A stretch of DNA of 64,000 bases from positions 21,213,838-21,277,837 of the forward strand of contig NC_057749.1 in NCBI RefSeq assembly GCF_004010195.1. The letters are read 5' to 3'. Below, one piece after another: positions 12,913 through 24,802 of the stretch. A model generated the notes under the pieces. The model did not search any database. It had not been told where the DNA came from and worked only from the letters and a program-made list of their open reading frames with translations. This DNA comes from Chiloscyllium plagiosum (taxonomy: Eukaryota). Within the stretch, counting starts at the first letter, position 1; each line of letters opens with the position of its first letter. A program made the translations under genes and the position numbers.

Positions 12913-15013
12913 GCTGTGGAGGGTAAGAACCAGATGCAATATGACATCTCGCCCGTCTCAGAGAGTACTGGTGACAGTGTTTGTTCCTTGAACAGTGAGT
13001 GGGAGAAATTAGATTTCCTGAGCACCTCTGAGCCCACAGATACCTCAGACGAGCCCCGTACACCCGAGACCACGACGTCGGAAGGCACGCAGCCAGAGCT
13101 GAGAGATTCCACCGACGAGGATGTGCTCCTGCCCCCGAGCAACATGGAAGCCCAGTTGACCGCAGAGAGGAGAAACCAGCTGGTTCAGCCCGTCTGCCAG
13201 GACGTTCTGGCCCTTGAGACAGGAACGGAGGCGATGGAGGTCACCGGTGCTGGCCATGCAGGTGATCAGCTCCCACTGCTGGATGTGTCTGAGCCTACCA
13301 ATCCTGGAGGTAGTGTGAGCCCTGAAGAGAACCAACCAGACATCCCTGCAGCACTGATGGGAGGAATGTTAAGCGATTTAGTCTTGCCTTTAGTCCAGGC
13401 TAGTGCTGCGGACACCACCTTGTCTACAGACAGTAAGGTGTCTGAGGAAGCCGTTGCCGAGGGTGACGATGAGTTTCTGAAGGTTGACCGTGCAGAGGAA
13501 GCGGGAGCTGAGGAGCACGCGCAACGCAGTGTTCCCTCTGACAGTTTTGGTGCCCACTTGGTGGAAAAGTTCCTCTCCTATTTAAAGATTCCCAGCTTCC
13601 TGCTGGGCGACAGGACGCCTCACAGTGATGCTGGGAAAGCAGAGGCAACACCAAATGCCTCAGAGATTGTGGAACCCAGCTCACAGGCAGAAGGCCTTGC
13701 AGCCCTGGGGGTTACCCCCTCAAAGAAGGTCCAGCCTTTGCCGACATCATTAGAGGAGGACCTTACCAGTTCTCTGCCAGTCGGACCTGAGGGTTGCCAG
13801 GTTTCTGAAGGGCCGCTGTCTGCTGTCCCTCAGGCAGATGGTGGCCGCACCGTACCCAGCACTGAGGGAGACTTCAGTCTGGGATCAACTCTCCCCGTGG
13901 AGCCATCCTTGGAGACGGGCATTAGTCCTGCCCTCTCTGCCGTCCTCCCGCCAAGCACTCCCGAATCCAACCACCCCCCGGGCACACCATTGTCTCTACC
14001 CCCAAGTAGAGGAGCAGCAGAGGAGCCTCTGGAAGATCCGTGCCTTTTCCGTACGGAGCTGAATTTAACCGAGGGGCCGGAAGTCCCAGGTACGCCGGCT
14101 CTTCCAGACGTCAGTAGACTCGACGACGCTGAGGAAGGACAGGGCATGGCGGATTTATCATCCACTGAAGGTGAACCGGCCAAGAACACAGCCCCATGTC
14201 TGGAGGGACTGGCAGGCGAGAGGAGCGTGGTGGAGGGGGATCCCAGCCATGGGAATAATATTCTGGAAGTGCTGCACACTCCGGATAGTGAAGTGATGCC
14301 CGTTCCAGAACCAGTAACACCGAGGACTGATGGTATACCATCAACCAGTGACTCACAAGTCACAAAGAGCATCTTCCTTACCCATGGGCCAGAGGTTAGC
14401 CAAGTGCCATCCATCGTAGTGGACACTAAGGTGTTTAAGGACGAGATAGTGGCAGCGAAGATTGAGGATGAGGAGGCCCTTCAGAAGGATATGACCTCAG
14501 CGCCCCCTCTCCCAGCCTCGGGTTCCCGGGTGACGGTCAGTGATAGCACCCCCGCTATCCCATCAGCCACTCCGGCAGAGCTAGCTGCTGGTGCCCGTCG
14601 CAAAATCTTCCTGCCCCGCTCCAGGCTGCCTGAAGAGGCCGAAGGGGGAGGCCCTACCCCGCTTCTGATGCCAGCGCAGCCAAAGAAGGAGGAGGGGGTG
14701 AAGAGAATCCAGCAGGCGGGCACCGACCACCCGGACGAAGGGCCCAGCCCGTTCCTGTTGGCGCCCAGGAGGAGCGGGCCTCTCCTGCAGGCCCCTGCTG
14801 CCCCCCAGCAGGCAGCACTGACAGAGCCACGATCGCCAACCACACCGCGCAGGATGGCCACCCTCGAGGTGCCCAGGCCTCACAGGGAAGCCGAGGATGA
14901 AAGTGGAAGCTCCCCAACGCCCAGAGGAGTGACGACCAAAGATGCCAAAGCTGGCTCAGTTAAAACTGAAGTGAAAACCGAAGAGAGCAAACTGACAAAG
15001 AATCTCTTCAAAG
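12913..15013 (+). CDS. ALPK3: ALPK3 large internal coding exon (2101 nt; acidic, Pro/Ser/Glu-rich disordered region)
   Basis: Polypyrimidine tract + AG at 12911-12912; open frame (ORF 12916-15030); donor AAG|GTAAGG at 15013/15014. Contains the ALPK3-like motifs ATPAELAAGARRKIFLP and LEVPR. Ends NLFK in phase 1, joining the next exon as APQVIRKIRVE. Confidence 0.9.
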
Positions 15014-15271
15014 GTAAGGAGGTGAATTAAACCTCCAGATTAAGTTGGTATGTGTAACAAGGACCTGTGTCAATGAGTTTGGGTTGATGAACTGAAGTGA
15101 CTGTGTGTTATGGGGGTTAGCAGACTTTATTTCCCATAAAACCATAAGATATAGGAACAGAGGTAGGCCATTCAGCCCATCAAGTCTGCTCTGCCATTCA
15201 ATGAGATGATGGCTGATCTGACAGTCCTCCACTTCCTTTGACTGCACCTTCTAATGGGACTGAACTCACGC

Positions 15272-15363
15272 ATTACACTAACCCTAACACTAACCTTGAC
15301 CTTAATCCTAATGCTAAACCTAATGCTAACCTTAACCCTAAACCTGAACCTAACACTAACCTT
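15272..15363 (+). repeat. Degenerate (CCCTAA)n-like hexamer tandem repeat
   Basis: ACACTA ACCCTA ACACTA ACCTTG ACCTTA ATCCTA ... about 15 six-nt units. Confidence 0.8.
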
Positions 15364-15365
15364 AA

Positions 15366-17981
15366 AAAGGTGCAGATGTAACAGGGTTGTTGCCATGGGT
15401 GACTTCAACTTCCCTAATATTGATTGGAACCTCCTTAATGTAAATAGTTTGGATGGAGCAGATTTTGTCAGGCGTGTCCAGGAAGGATTCCTGGTTCAAC
15501 AGGCCGACGAGAGGGGAGGCCATATTGGATTTGGTGCTTGGCAACAAACCAGGTCAGGTGTCAGATCTTTCGGTGGGAGAGCATTTCGGTGATAGTGATC
15601 ACAACTCCCAGACCTTTACTATAGTCATGGAGAGGGATAGGAGCAGAAGGTATGGGAAATTATTTAATTGGGGGAGGGAGAATTACAATGCTATTAGGTG
15701 GGAACTGTGGAGCATAAATTGGGAGCAGATGTTCTCAGGGAAATGTACAACAGAAATGTGGAAGTTGTTACGGAGCACTTGCTGCGAGTGCTGGATAGGT
15801 TTGTCCCACTGAGGCAAGGAAGGGATGGTAGGGTGAAGGAACCTTGGGTAACAAGGGATGTGGAACATCTAGGAGAAAGTGAGGACTGCAGATGCTGGGG
15901 ATCAGAGCTTAAAAATGTGTTGCTGGAAAAGTGCAGCAGGTCAGGCAGCATCAAAGGAGAAGGAGAATCGACGTTTCGGGTATAAGCCCTTCTTCAGGAA
16001 TGAGGAGGGTGTGCCACGCAGGCTAAGATAAAAGGTAGGGAGGAGCCATGTGGAACATCTAGTCAAGGGGAAGAAGGAAGCTTACTTAAGGTTGAGGAGG
16101 CAAGGATCAGACAGGGCTCTAGAGGGTTACAAGGTAGCCAGGAAGGAATTGAAGAATGGATTTAGGAGAGCTAGGAGGGGGCATGAAAAAGCCTTGGCGG
16201 GAAGGATTAAGGAAATCCCAAAGGCATTCTACACTTATGTGAGTATCAAGAGAATGATCAGAGAGAGGGTAGGGCCGATCAGGGATAGTGGAGGGAACTT
16301 GTGCCTGGAATTGGGGAGGTAGGGGATGTCCTTAATGAATACTTTGCATCAGTATTCACTAGTGAGAGGGACCTGGTCATTTATGAGGACAGCGTGAAGC
16401 AAGTTGATACACTCGGACAGGTTGATGTTAAGGAGGATGTGCTGGAAATTTTGAAAAACATGAAGATAGATAAGTCCCCTGGGTCAGACAGGATATACCC
16501 AAGGTTACCATGGGAAGTGAGGGAAGAGATTGCTGCGCCTTTGGTAATGATCTTTGCATCTTCACTGTCCACTGGAGCAGTACTGGATGATTAGAGGGTG
16601 GCAAATGTTATTCCCTTGTTTAAGAAAGGGAATAGGGATAATCGTGGAAATTACAGACCAGTCAGTCGTACATCGGTGGGGGTCAAAATATTGGAGAGGA
16701 TTCTGAGAGACAGGATTATGATTATTTAGAAAACCATAGTTTGGTTAGAGATAGTCAGCACGGCTTTGTGAGGGGCAGATCATGCCTCACAAACTTTATT
16801 GAATTCTTTGAGGATGTGACAAAACACATGGATGAAGGAGAGCAGTGGGTGTGATGTACATGGATTTTAACAAGGCTTTTAATAAGGTTCCCCTTGGTAT
16901 GCTCATTCAGAAAATAAGGAGGCATGGGATAGTTGACTGTCTGGATACGGAATTGGCTGGCCCACAGAAGACAGAGGGTGGTCGTAAATGGAAAGTATTT
17001 AGCCTGGGGCTCGGTGACCAGTGGTGTTCTACAGAGATCTGTTCTGGCACCTCTGCTCTTTGTGATTTTTATAAATGACTTGGATGAGGAAGTGGAAGGG
17101 TTTGCCGATGACGAGAAGGTTGGTGGAGTTGTGGATAGTGTGGAGGGCTGTTGTAGGTTGCAACAGGACATTGACAGGATGCAGAGCTGGGCTGAGAAGT
17201 AGCAGATGGAGTTCAGCCTGGAAAAGTGTGAAGTGATTCATTTTGAAAGGTTGAATTTGAATGCAGATTACAGGGTTAAAGACAGGATTCTTGGCAGTGT
17301 GGAGGAACAGGGATTTTGGGGTCCATTTCCATAGATCTCTCAAAGTTGCCACTCAAGTTGAAAGGGTTGTTAAGAAGGCATATAGTGTGTTGACTTTTAT
17401 TAGCAGCAGGATTGAGTTTAAGAGCCGCGAGGTTATGCTGCGGCTTTATAAAGCCCTGATTAGACAACACTTGGAGTATTGTGTTCAGTTCTGGTCGCCT
17501 CATTATAGAAGGATGTGGAAGCTTTAGAGAGGGTGCAGAGGAGATTTACCAGGATGTTGCCTGGACTGGAGGGTATGAATTATGTAGAAAGTTTGGGGGA
17601 GCTAGGGCTTTTCTCATTGGAGTGAAGAAGGAGAGGTGACTGGGTAGAGGTGTACAAGATGATGAGAGGTATAGATAGAAGACTATTTCCCAGGGCAGAA
17701 ATGGCTATCACGAGGGGGCATAATTTTAAGGTGATGGGAGGAAGGTTTAGGGGAGATGTCAGAGGTAGGTTCTTTACTCAGAGAATGGTGGGTGTGTGGA
17801 ATGTACTTCCAGCGGTGGGGGTAGAGTCAGATACATTAGGGACATTTGAGTGACTCTTGGATCGGCACATGGAGGATAGTAAAATGAAGGGTATGTAGGT
17901 TAGTTTCATCTTGGAGTAGGATAAAAGGCCAGCACACATCAAGGACCGAAGGGCCTGTACTGTGCTGTTCTATGTTCTATA
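15366..17981 (+). mobile_element. Long CR1-clade LINE (partial APE endonuclease + RT), frameshifted
   Basis: MGDFNFPNIDW, PTRGEAILDLVL, SDH, KSPGSD, FADD and LEYCVQFWSP motifs in successive frames; TTCTATG tail. Confidence 0.92.
15873..16047 (-). mobile_element. Penelope-derived short insertion within the CR1
   Basis: 15-bp TSD ATGTGGAACATCTAG (15858-15872, 16048-16062); hammerhead core on the minus strand at 15970-15997. Confidence 0.85.
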
Positions 17982-18842
17982 ACCTAGTCTCGTTTGCCAG
18001 TATTTGGCCCATATCCCACTAAACCCTTCCAAGTGTCTTTTAAATGTTGCAATTGTACCAGCCTCCACCACTTCCTCTGGCAGCTCAATCCATACACGCA
18101 CCACCCTCTGCATGAAAAAGTTGCCCCTTAAGTCTGTTTTATATCTTTCCCCTCACACCCTAAACCTATGCCCTCTAGCTCTGGACTTTCCCACCCCAGG
18201 GAAAAGACTTTGTCTATTTACCCTATTCCATGCCCCTCACGGTTTTATAAACCTCTATAAGGTCACCCCTCAACCTCTGACGCTCCAGGGAAAACAGCCC
18301 CAGCCTGTTCAGCCTCTCCATATAGCTCAAATCCTCCAATCCTGGCAACGCTTGTAAATCTTTTATGCACTGTCTCAAAAGCCTTCCTATCGAAGGGAGA
18401 CCAGAATTGTATATTATATTCCAAACGCGGCTTCACCAATGTCCTGTACAGCCGCAACAGGACCTCCCAACTCCTGTACTCAATACTCTGACCAATAAAG
18501 GAAAGCATACCAAATGCCTTCTTCACTATCCTATCTACCTGCGATTCCACTTCCAAGGAGCAATGAACCTGCACTCCAAGGTCTCTTTGTTCAGCAACAC
18601 TCCCTAGGACCTTACCGTTAAGTGCATACGTCCTGCCCTGATTTGCTTTTCCAAAATGCAGCAATGCACATTTATCTAAATTGAGCCCAATCTGCCACTC
18701 CTCAGCCCATTGGCCATCTTTGCTGTCCACTGCACCACCTATTTTGGTGTGGTCTGCAATCTTACTAAATATACCTCCTATATTCTCATCCAAATCATTT
18801 ATATAACTGATGAAAAGCAGTGGACCCAGCACTGATCCTTGC
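17982..18842 (-). mobile_element. CR1-clade LINE, tail-to-tail with the preceding CR1
   Basis: ORF 18263-18874 (QGSVLGPLLF..YINDLD..LDKCALLHFG). Confidence 0.9.
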
Positions 18843-19189
18843 TGTGTAACACACTGGAGAAACTCAGCAGACACAGTGTTTCAAAGCCTCCGAGTTGCAG
18901 AAGAGCCATACTGGACTCAAAATGTTTACTCTGTTTCTCTCACCACAGTAGCTGGGTTTATCCCGCACTCCCTGTTTTTCTTTCAGCTCGGAACTGTCAG
19001 ATCTGTCGTTCCGATGATCACTGGTTCATGGACAGAGTCGTACAGCGCAGAAGAAGCAGTCCGTCCCTCCTGCATCTACCCATCCCCATTTGCCAGCACT
19101 TGGCCAAAAAAGTCTTAAATGTTATTGACATGTATTCCTAAGGCCTGTTTGTCAGGGCTGTCAGTGACCAGGCATTTTGTCTTCCGTAG

Positions 19190-19337
19190 CTCCCCAGGTG
19201 ATCCGGAAGATCAGAGTGGAACAATACTCTGATGCCACTGGGAATCTCAAACTCTGGTGCCAATTCTTTAACATTTTGAGCGAGTCCACCATAATGTGGC
19301 AAAAAGATGGAGTTCACTTGGACAAGCTGAAACAAAG
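19190..19337 (+). CDS. ALPK3: ALPK3 exon, Ig-like domain part 1 (APQVIRKIRVEQYSDATGNLKLWCQFFNILSESTIMWQKDGVHLDKLKQ)
   Basis: cttccgtag| acceptor, AAG|GTAACA donor; translation closely matches the vertebrate ALPK3 Ig domain; phases 1 and 2 fit the neighbouring exons. Confidence 0.95.
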
Positions 19338-19871
19338 GTAACAGCCACCAGCTGATGCTGCTATTGTCTAGGAGAATGTGGCAGGGAGGCAGAGGCTTAA
19401 AGTCTGTCCCTAGTTGCCCCTTGAGAAGGTGAGGGTAAGCTGCCTTCTTGAACCGCTGCAGTCCATGTGCTGTGAGTTGACCCACAATGCCCTGAGGGAG
19501 GGAATTCCAGGATTTTGACCCAGCGACAGAACGGCGATATGTTTCCAAGTCAGGATGGTGAGTGGCTCGGAGGGGAACTTGCAGGTGGTTTTCCCGTGTA
19601 CCTGCTGCCCTTGTCCTAATAGCAAAGATCAGAGATTTGGAAGATGCTGTCTGAGGATCTTTGGTGAATTTCTGCAGTGCATATTATAGGTAGTACACAC
19701 TGCAGCTACTGACCATCAGTGGTGGAGGGTCCTTGTAGATTAGTGCCAGCCAAGCTCCATATTACATCTATACTTTGCCTCAGCAGATTGGGGAAATCTC
19801 GTAATTAATGCATCCTGCCATTCTGCGGCTACATTTTAATAGAAGGGGACTGATCTGGTCCTGTGGGGCAA

Positions 19872-20485
19872 GACAGTGGCTCAGTGGTTAGCACTATTGT
19901 CTCTAGCGCCAGAGACCTGGGTTCGATTCCAGCCTCAGGCAGCTGTCTGTGTGGAGTTTACACATTCTTCCCATGGGTTTCCTCTGGGTGGTCCAGTTTC
20001 CTCCCACAGGGTAAAAACAATGACTGCAGATGCTGGAAACCAGATTCTAGAGTGGTGCTGGAAAAGCACAGCAGTTCAGGCAGCATCCGAGGAGCAGGAA
20101 AATCAACGTTTCGGGCAAAAGCCCTTCATCAGGAATAGAGGCAGAGTGCCTGCAGGGTGGAGAGATAAATGAGAGGGGGGGGTGGGGGTGGTGAGAAAGT
20201 AGCATAGAGTACAACAGGTGAATGGGGGTGGAGATGGAGGTGATAGCTCAGAGAGGAGGGTGGAGTGGATAGGTGTAAAGGAAGATAGGCAGGTAGGACA
20301 GGTCATGGGGACAGTGCTGAGCACTTTTCCAGCACCACTCTAATCTAGAATCCAGTTTCCTCCTGCAGTCCAAAGATGTGCAGGTTAGGGTGGATTGGCC
20401 ATGGGAATTACAGAGATAGGGTAGGGATTGGGATGCTCTTCAGAGGGTTGGTGTGGACTTGATGGGCCGAAAAGCCAGCTTCCTG
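19872..20485 (+). mobile_element. HE1-type SINE interrupted by a Penelope-derived insertion (20010-20350, - strand)
   Basis: TSD TCCAGTTTCCTCC(CA/TG)CAG at 19992-20009 and 20351-20368; hammerhead core at 20105-20132 (-); short inverted end at 20322-20350. Confidence 0.85.
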
Positions 20486-20861
20486 ATTGTGTGATTGGGA
20501 GCCTCTCCCCCCTCCTCTACAGCAGCACAGTCATTCACTGTCCTGAAAAAGGAGGGAGTGGGGGAGGTCTCCGAGCTCAGCTTGTTCTCTCAATAATGCG
20601 CACATTGTGCCCTCACGTGGAGCTGCAGACTCAGTCGCGTTGTTGGTGCCTTGAAGACTTCAGAAGGACGGAGCCTCCAAGCTGTCGATGCTTTATGTAA
20701 AGATCGCCACTGAGGGACGAGGAGCTTGAAGCTTTTAGTCGCTTTGCAGTTTGTTGGGTCCGAGAGAAAGTTAGGCTAGAATTTCTTCGCTTTAGTGAAT
20801 GATCTTGCTTTCTAGTTGCATCCTGTGCTGTCTCATGGTTTGCTCATGACGTATTTTTCAG

Positions 20862-20989
20862 CGCGGGGGATGAGAGCCAGGTGTCGCTGGCCATTGTACA
20901 GGCCTCAGTGAAGGACCACGGGCTGTACAGGTGTGTCGTGGAGAATGAGTACGGCTCCGATGCCACTGACTTCCTCCTCAGCAGTGAGG
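20862..20989 (+). CDS. ALPK3: ALPK3 exon, Ig-like domain part 2 (SAGDESQVSLAIVQASVKDHGLYRCVVENEYGSDATDFLLSSE)
   Basis: tttttcag| acceptor, G|GTGAGT donor; I-set Ig signature DxGxYxC; phases 2 and 1. Confidence 0.95.
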
Positions 20990-21960
20990 GTGAGTGAGGG
21001 GGGCGGGGGGGGGGAGTGTGGGGAGACACCTGCTGAACCGTCAGAAACAGGGAGAGGGGGTGGGGGGAGGACCAGCCTTCTGAAACCGTCCCTCAGAGCT
21101 TCGCAGCTGCATGGCCCACGAAGGGTGCTGGGGCACTCCGTCCTTCAGTTGTTCATTTTAAATCTGTCGCTGACAGATTTCTGATGGCGGTGCAGAAGAT
21201 GGCCATTCAGCCTGTCGGGTCTGCACAATGCGACCGTGGCTGATTCGATAATCCTCAACCCCACCTTCCTGCCTTATCCCCAAAACTTTGGTCCCCTTAC
21301 TGATTAAAAATCTCTCTCAGCCTTGAATATACCAAATGACCCAAAACTATTGCAAATTATTATTAAAAAAATCTTCAAAGGCCCTCTGAGGTAAAGAATT
21401 CCACAGATTCACAATCACTTCTGAGAGAAGTAATTCCTCCTCATCTCGGTTTGAAATGGGTGACCTTTTATTCTGTGATGATGCCCCTCTGGTCCTAGAT
21501 GTTCCCAGAAGCAGCCACCCTGTCAAGCTCCCTAACCATCTCGTGTCTTAATAAGGTCACCTGTCATTCTTTCCAACTCCAGGCCTCACTTCCTCAGCTT
21601 CTTCTAAGAGGACGTGTTTGGGGACGTGGGACAAAGGCGGGTTTGTGGAGTCGGGTGGGGTATGAGAGATAACCCTCGGATCTATTTCACAAGAAAGTAG
21701 TGGAATTCGCCCCAGCACCCTCAGCTCCCAGTCAGCGAGGAGCCCAGGCTGTTTGGCCACTTGTTGTCTGTCGGAGCTTGCCGTGTGCAAATCGGGCAGC
21801 TGTGTTCCTGCGATCGACTGGCCCCTCAGGCATATTTCCGGCAGGGATTGGGGAACATGACAGGCGGGGGAGGGGCGTCTTGTTTCGTTTATCTGTGCCA
21901 GTTGTGTAAAGTATTGCTGCGTTTTGAGTGAAAATCTAACTGGTTTGTTTATCACCGCAG

Positions 21961-21996
21961 TGTTGTCGGGATTTAATCCAAGAGAGGAAATTGAAG
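21961..21996 (+). CDS. ALPK3: ALPK3 36-nt exon (VLSGFNPREEIE)
   Basis: ccgcag| acceptor, G|GTAAGG donor; resembles the ALPK3 VLSGF..REE linker; followed by a 94-nt intron. Confidence 0.92.
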
Positions 21997-22090
21997 GTAA
22001 GGAAGCAACCCCCTCAATTGGTGACATTTTGCCAATAAACATGATCCCGGTGATCGTGTATAATGCCATACGGCTGGTTCTCTCTTACAG

Positions 22091-22365
22091 TGGGCGAAGA
22101 GATTGAGATGACGCCGATGTTGATCACCAAGGGTCTTACTGATGCAGGTTTCTTGGGCAACAAGCTCTTTGGCAGAATTATGATGAAGGAGCCACACTTT
22201 GGCAGTGGAGTACACTATAAAGCCAACCAGGTGAAGGTCATCTACGGGTTGGAGCCAATATTCGAGTCCGGTGCCACGTGCATTATCAAAGTTCAGAAAT
22301 GCATTTCTTATGGGACCAAAAAGGAAAACAGCCTTATTGCCAGAAACCATGACATCACGATGCAG
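22091..22365 (+). CDS. ALPK3: ALPK3 exon, alpha-kinase N-lobe (VGEEIEMTPM...FGSGVHYKANQVKVIYGLEPIFESGATCIIKV...RNHDITMQ)
   Basis: tcttacag| acceptor, CAG|GTAAGG donor; KVIYGLEPIFESGxTCIIKV matches ALPK3 rather than ALPK2. Confidence 0.96.
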
Positions 22366-22597
22366 GTAAGGAGTCCCACTCTGTGACGACGGTTAACTGT
22401 GCCTGGGAATTCCTGTGGAAATTGTCACCTCCAGTTTGTTGGAGACTGGGTGGATGACCCCCGGTCGTTGGCAGGATTCCATGGGCAAACCCAACCCCTG
22501 TGCGAATTGGCACATTTAAATACCCCACTCCCCTGCAAAAGTCTCTGACTCCGAGTTAGCACGAGTCCCCAGAGATTTCACTAGTTCCAACTTACTT

Positions 22598-23440
22598 ATA
22601 GAGTCACAGAGATGTACAAATGAAAACAGACCCTTCAGCCCCAACTCGTCCATGCCAACCAGATATCCTAACCCAATCTAGCCCCATTTATTAGCAATTT
22701 GCCCATATCCCTCCAAACCCTTCCTATTCATATACCTATCCAGATGCCTTTTAAATGTTGTAATTGTACCAGCCTCCACCACTTCCTCTGGCAGCTCATT
22801 CCATATACGCACCACCTTCTGTGTGAAAACGTTGCCCCCTAGGTCTCTTTTGACTCTTTTCCCTTTCATCCTAAACCTGTGCCCTCCAGTTTAGGACTCC
22901 CACCACAGGGAAAATACCTTGGCTACTTATGGATGGCATGGTGACTCAGTGGTTAGCACTGCTGCCTCACAGCGTCAGGGACCCAGGTTTGATTCCAAAT
23001 TCAAGTGACTGTCTGTGTGGAGTTTGCACGTTCTTCCCATGTTTGTGTGGATTTCCTCTGGGCGCTCCGGTTTCCTCCCACAGTCCAAAGATGCGCAGGT
23101 TAGGTGGATTGGCCATGGGAAATTGCCCATAGTGTTCAGGGACGTGTAGGTTAGGTGCATTAGTTAGGGGTAAATATAGAGTAATAGAGTTAGGGAATGG
23201 CTGGGTTACTCTTTGGAGGTTCAGAATGGACTTGTTGGGCCTAATGGTCTATTTTCACCCTGTAGGGAATTCTATGATTAATCCTATCCATGCTCCTCAT
23301 ATAAACTTCTATAAGGTCAACCCTCAGCTTCCAACACACCAGGGAAAACAGTCCCAGCCTATTCAGCCTCTCCCTATAGCTCAAACCCTCCAACCCTGGC
23401 AACATCCTTGTGAATCTTTTCCAAACCCTTTCAAGTTTCA
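22598..23440 (-). mobile_element. CR1 3' part interrupted by an HE1-type SINE (22933-23275, +)
   Basis: Minus ORFs 22678-22869 and 23241-23441 are CR1-like; SINE boxes and V-domain lie between them. Confidence 0.85.
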
Positions 23441-24080
23441 CAGGACATAGCTTAGTTCAGTTGGCTGGATTGCGATGGAGGTTGGGTACAGTGCCCATCA
23501 CCAGCTGAGGTTACCATTGAGGACTCTCCATCTCACCCTCTCCCCTTGCCTGAGGTGGGGTGACTCTCACGTAAGACTGTCTCTGTCTAATGAGATGACA
23601 CTGCCGTGCTCCTCTGGAACTATAGCTACGTTGGTGGTTAAGAAGACCCTAGTGAAACTCCTGGGTGACTATTGAATTTAGCTTCCTCACTATTGCCATT
23701 CCCGATGAAGGGCTTTTGTCCGTAACGTCGATTTCCCTGCTCCGTGGATGCTGTCTGAACTGCTGTGCTTTTCCAGCACCACTCTAATCCAGAATCCCCT
23801 TCCTCACTATCCCCAATCACTCACACTGACTACTTCCTTGATCTATCCTCCCATGACTACAAGCCCATGACCACATTAACAATGCATGCAATCTTCCCCT
23901 GTTTGCAGTTTGTAAACAACTACTTAAAAAATGTTCTGGTAGGGTGGACATCCATTTTGATTCCCCGTGGTGTGATACTAACCATTAGTTGTGGGACTTC
24001 ATTGCTGTTACCATGGCAATCATGAAGAATGTGCTGATGCAGTTTGCTGTGAGACTGATGGTTTTCTTTCTAATCTTCAG

Positions 24081-24169
24081 GCATGTAAGCTTCAGAACAC
24101 AGCGAGAGAGTACAGTAAAATATTTGCGGCTGAGACTCGTGCAGTTGAAACCTTTGGCCCAGTACCAGA
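24081..24169 (+). CDS. ALPK3: ALPK3 exon, alpha-kinase (ACKLQNTAREYSKIFAAETRAVETFGPVPE)
   Basis: cttcag| acceptor, GA|GTGAGT donor; phases 0 and 2. Confidence 0.95.
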
Positions 24170-24270
24170 GTGAGTGTTACACTACACAGTTCATTCCAGC
24201 ATTTGCTTTTTGCTGTTCACGCAAGATTTCCTGTCAGTCAGTCGTCCTTCACTCAGGTTTCCATTTCCAG

Positions 24271-24479
24271 GGTAATTCCATTGTACCTATTGTATCGCCC
24301 TGCCAACAATATCCCTTATGCGACCATCGAGAAAGATCTGAATGGACAATTCACGAGGTACTCCGTGGAAGACAAGGGCAAGAACCTTTCAGAGTCCGAG
24401 ATTGGGCAGAAGTGTCACACCTTTCAACACTGGATCTACCAATGGACAAACGGCAATTTGCTCATAACTGACTTACAAG
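24271..24479 (+). CDS. ALPK3: ALPK3 exon, alpha-kinase (VIPLYLLYRPANNIPYATIE...KCHTFQHWIYQWTNGNLLITDLQ)
   Basis: tttccag| acceptor, AAG|GTATGG donor; conserved alpha-kinase FQHW (Zn-binding His) and DLQG motifs. Confidence 0.96.
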
Positions 24480-24496
24480 GTATGGTTATAGAGTAC

Positions 24497-24802
24497 AAGT
24501 GGCTCAGTGGTTAGCACAGCACCAGGGACCCAGGTTCGATTCCACCCTCGGGCCTGTGTGAAGTTTGTACATTCTCCCCATGCTCTGGTACCCTCCCATA
24601 GTCCCAGCGATGTGCAGGTTAGGTGAATTGGCGATGCTGAATTGCCCATAGTGTGCAGCCTAGGTGGATTGACCATGGGATATGCAAGGTGACAGGAAAA
24701 GGGTATGGGGTTGGGGTCTGGGTGGGATGCTCTTTGAAGGGTTGGTACGGACTCAATGGGCTAAGTGGCCTGCTTCACACTGTCGGGATTCTACCATTCT
24801 AT
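24497..24802 (+). mobile_element. HE1-type SINE starting ~18 nt downstream of an ALPK3 donor site
   Basis: GTGGCTCAGTGGTTAGCAC..GGTTCGATTCC; GGGATTCTA tail. Confidence 0.8.

Noticed and set aside
13830..14426. 198-aa antisense ORF inside the large ALPK3 exon
   Set aside because: Shadow ORF of GC-rich coding sequence; no independent domain or splice evidence.
15254..15592. ORF with an LTLTLTL run (and the reverse RFRVKV ORF)
   Set aside because: Translation of the hexamer repeat running into a CR1 endonuclease fragment; not a gene.
23976..24020. TACTAAC and an RFX X-box-like GTTACCATGGCAAT upstream of exon 24081; in-frame intronic ORF 23991-24173
   Set aside because: Several AGs lie between TACTAAC and the acceptor, and the first AG after it gives an out-of-frame extension; short motifs are unsupported without conservation data.
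22091..24479. Alternative identification as ALPK2
   Set aside because: KVIYGLEPIFESG, APQVIRKIRVEQ/LWCQFFNILS and the SP-rich tail fit ALPK3 better.
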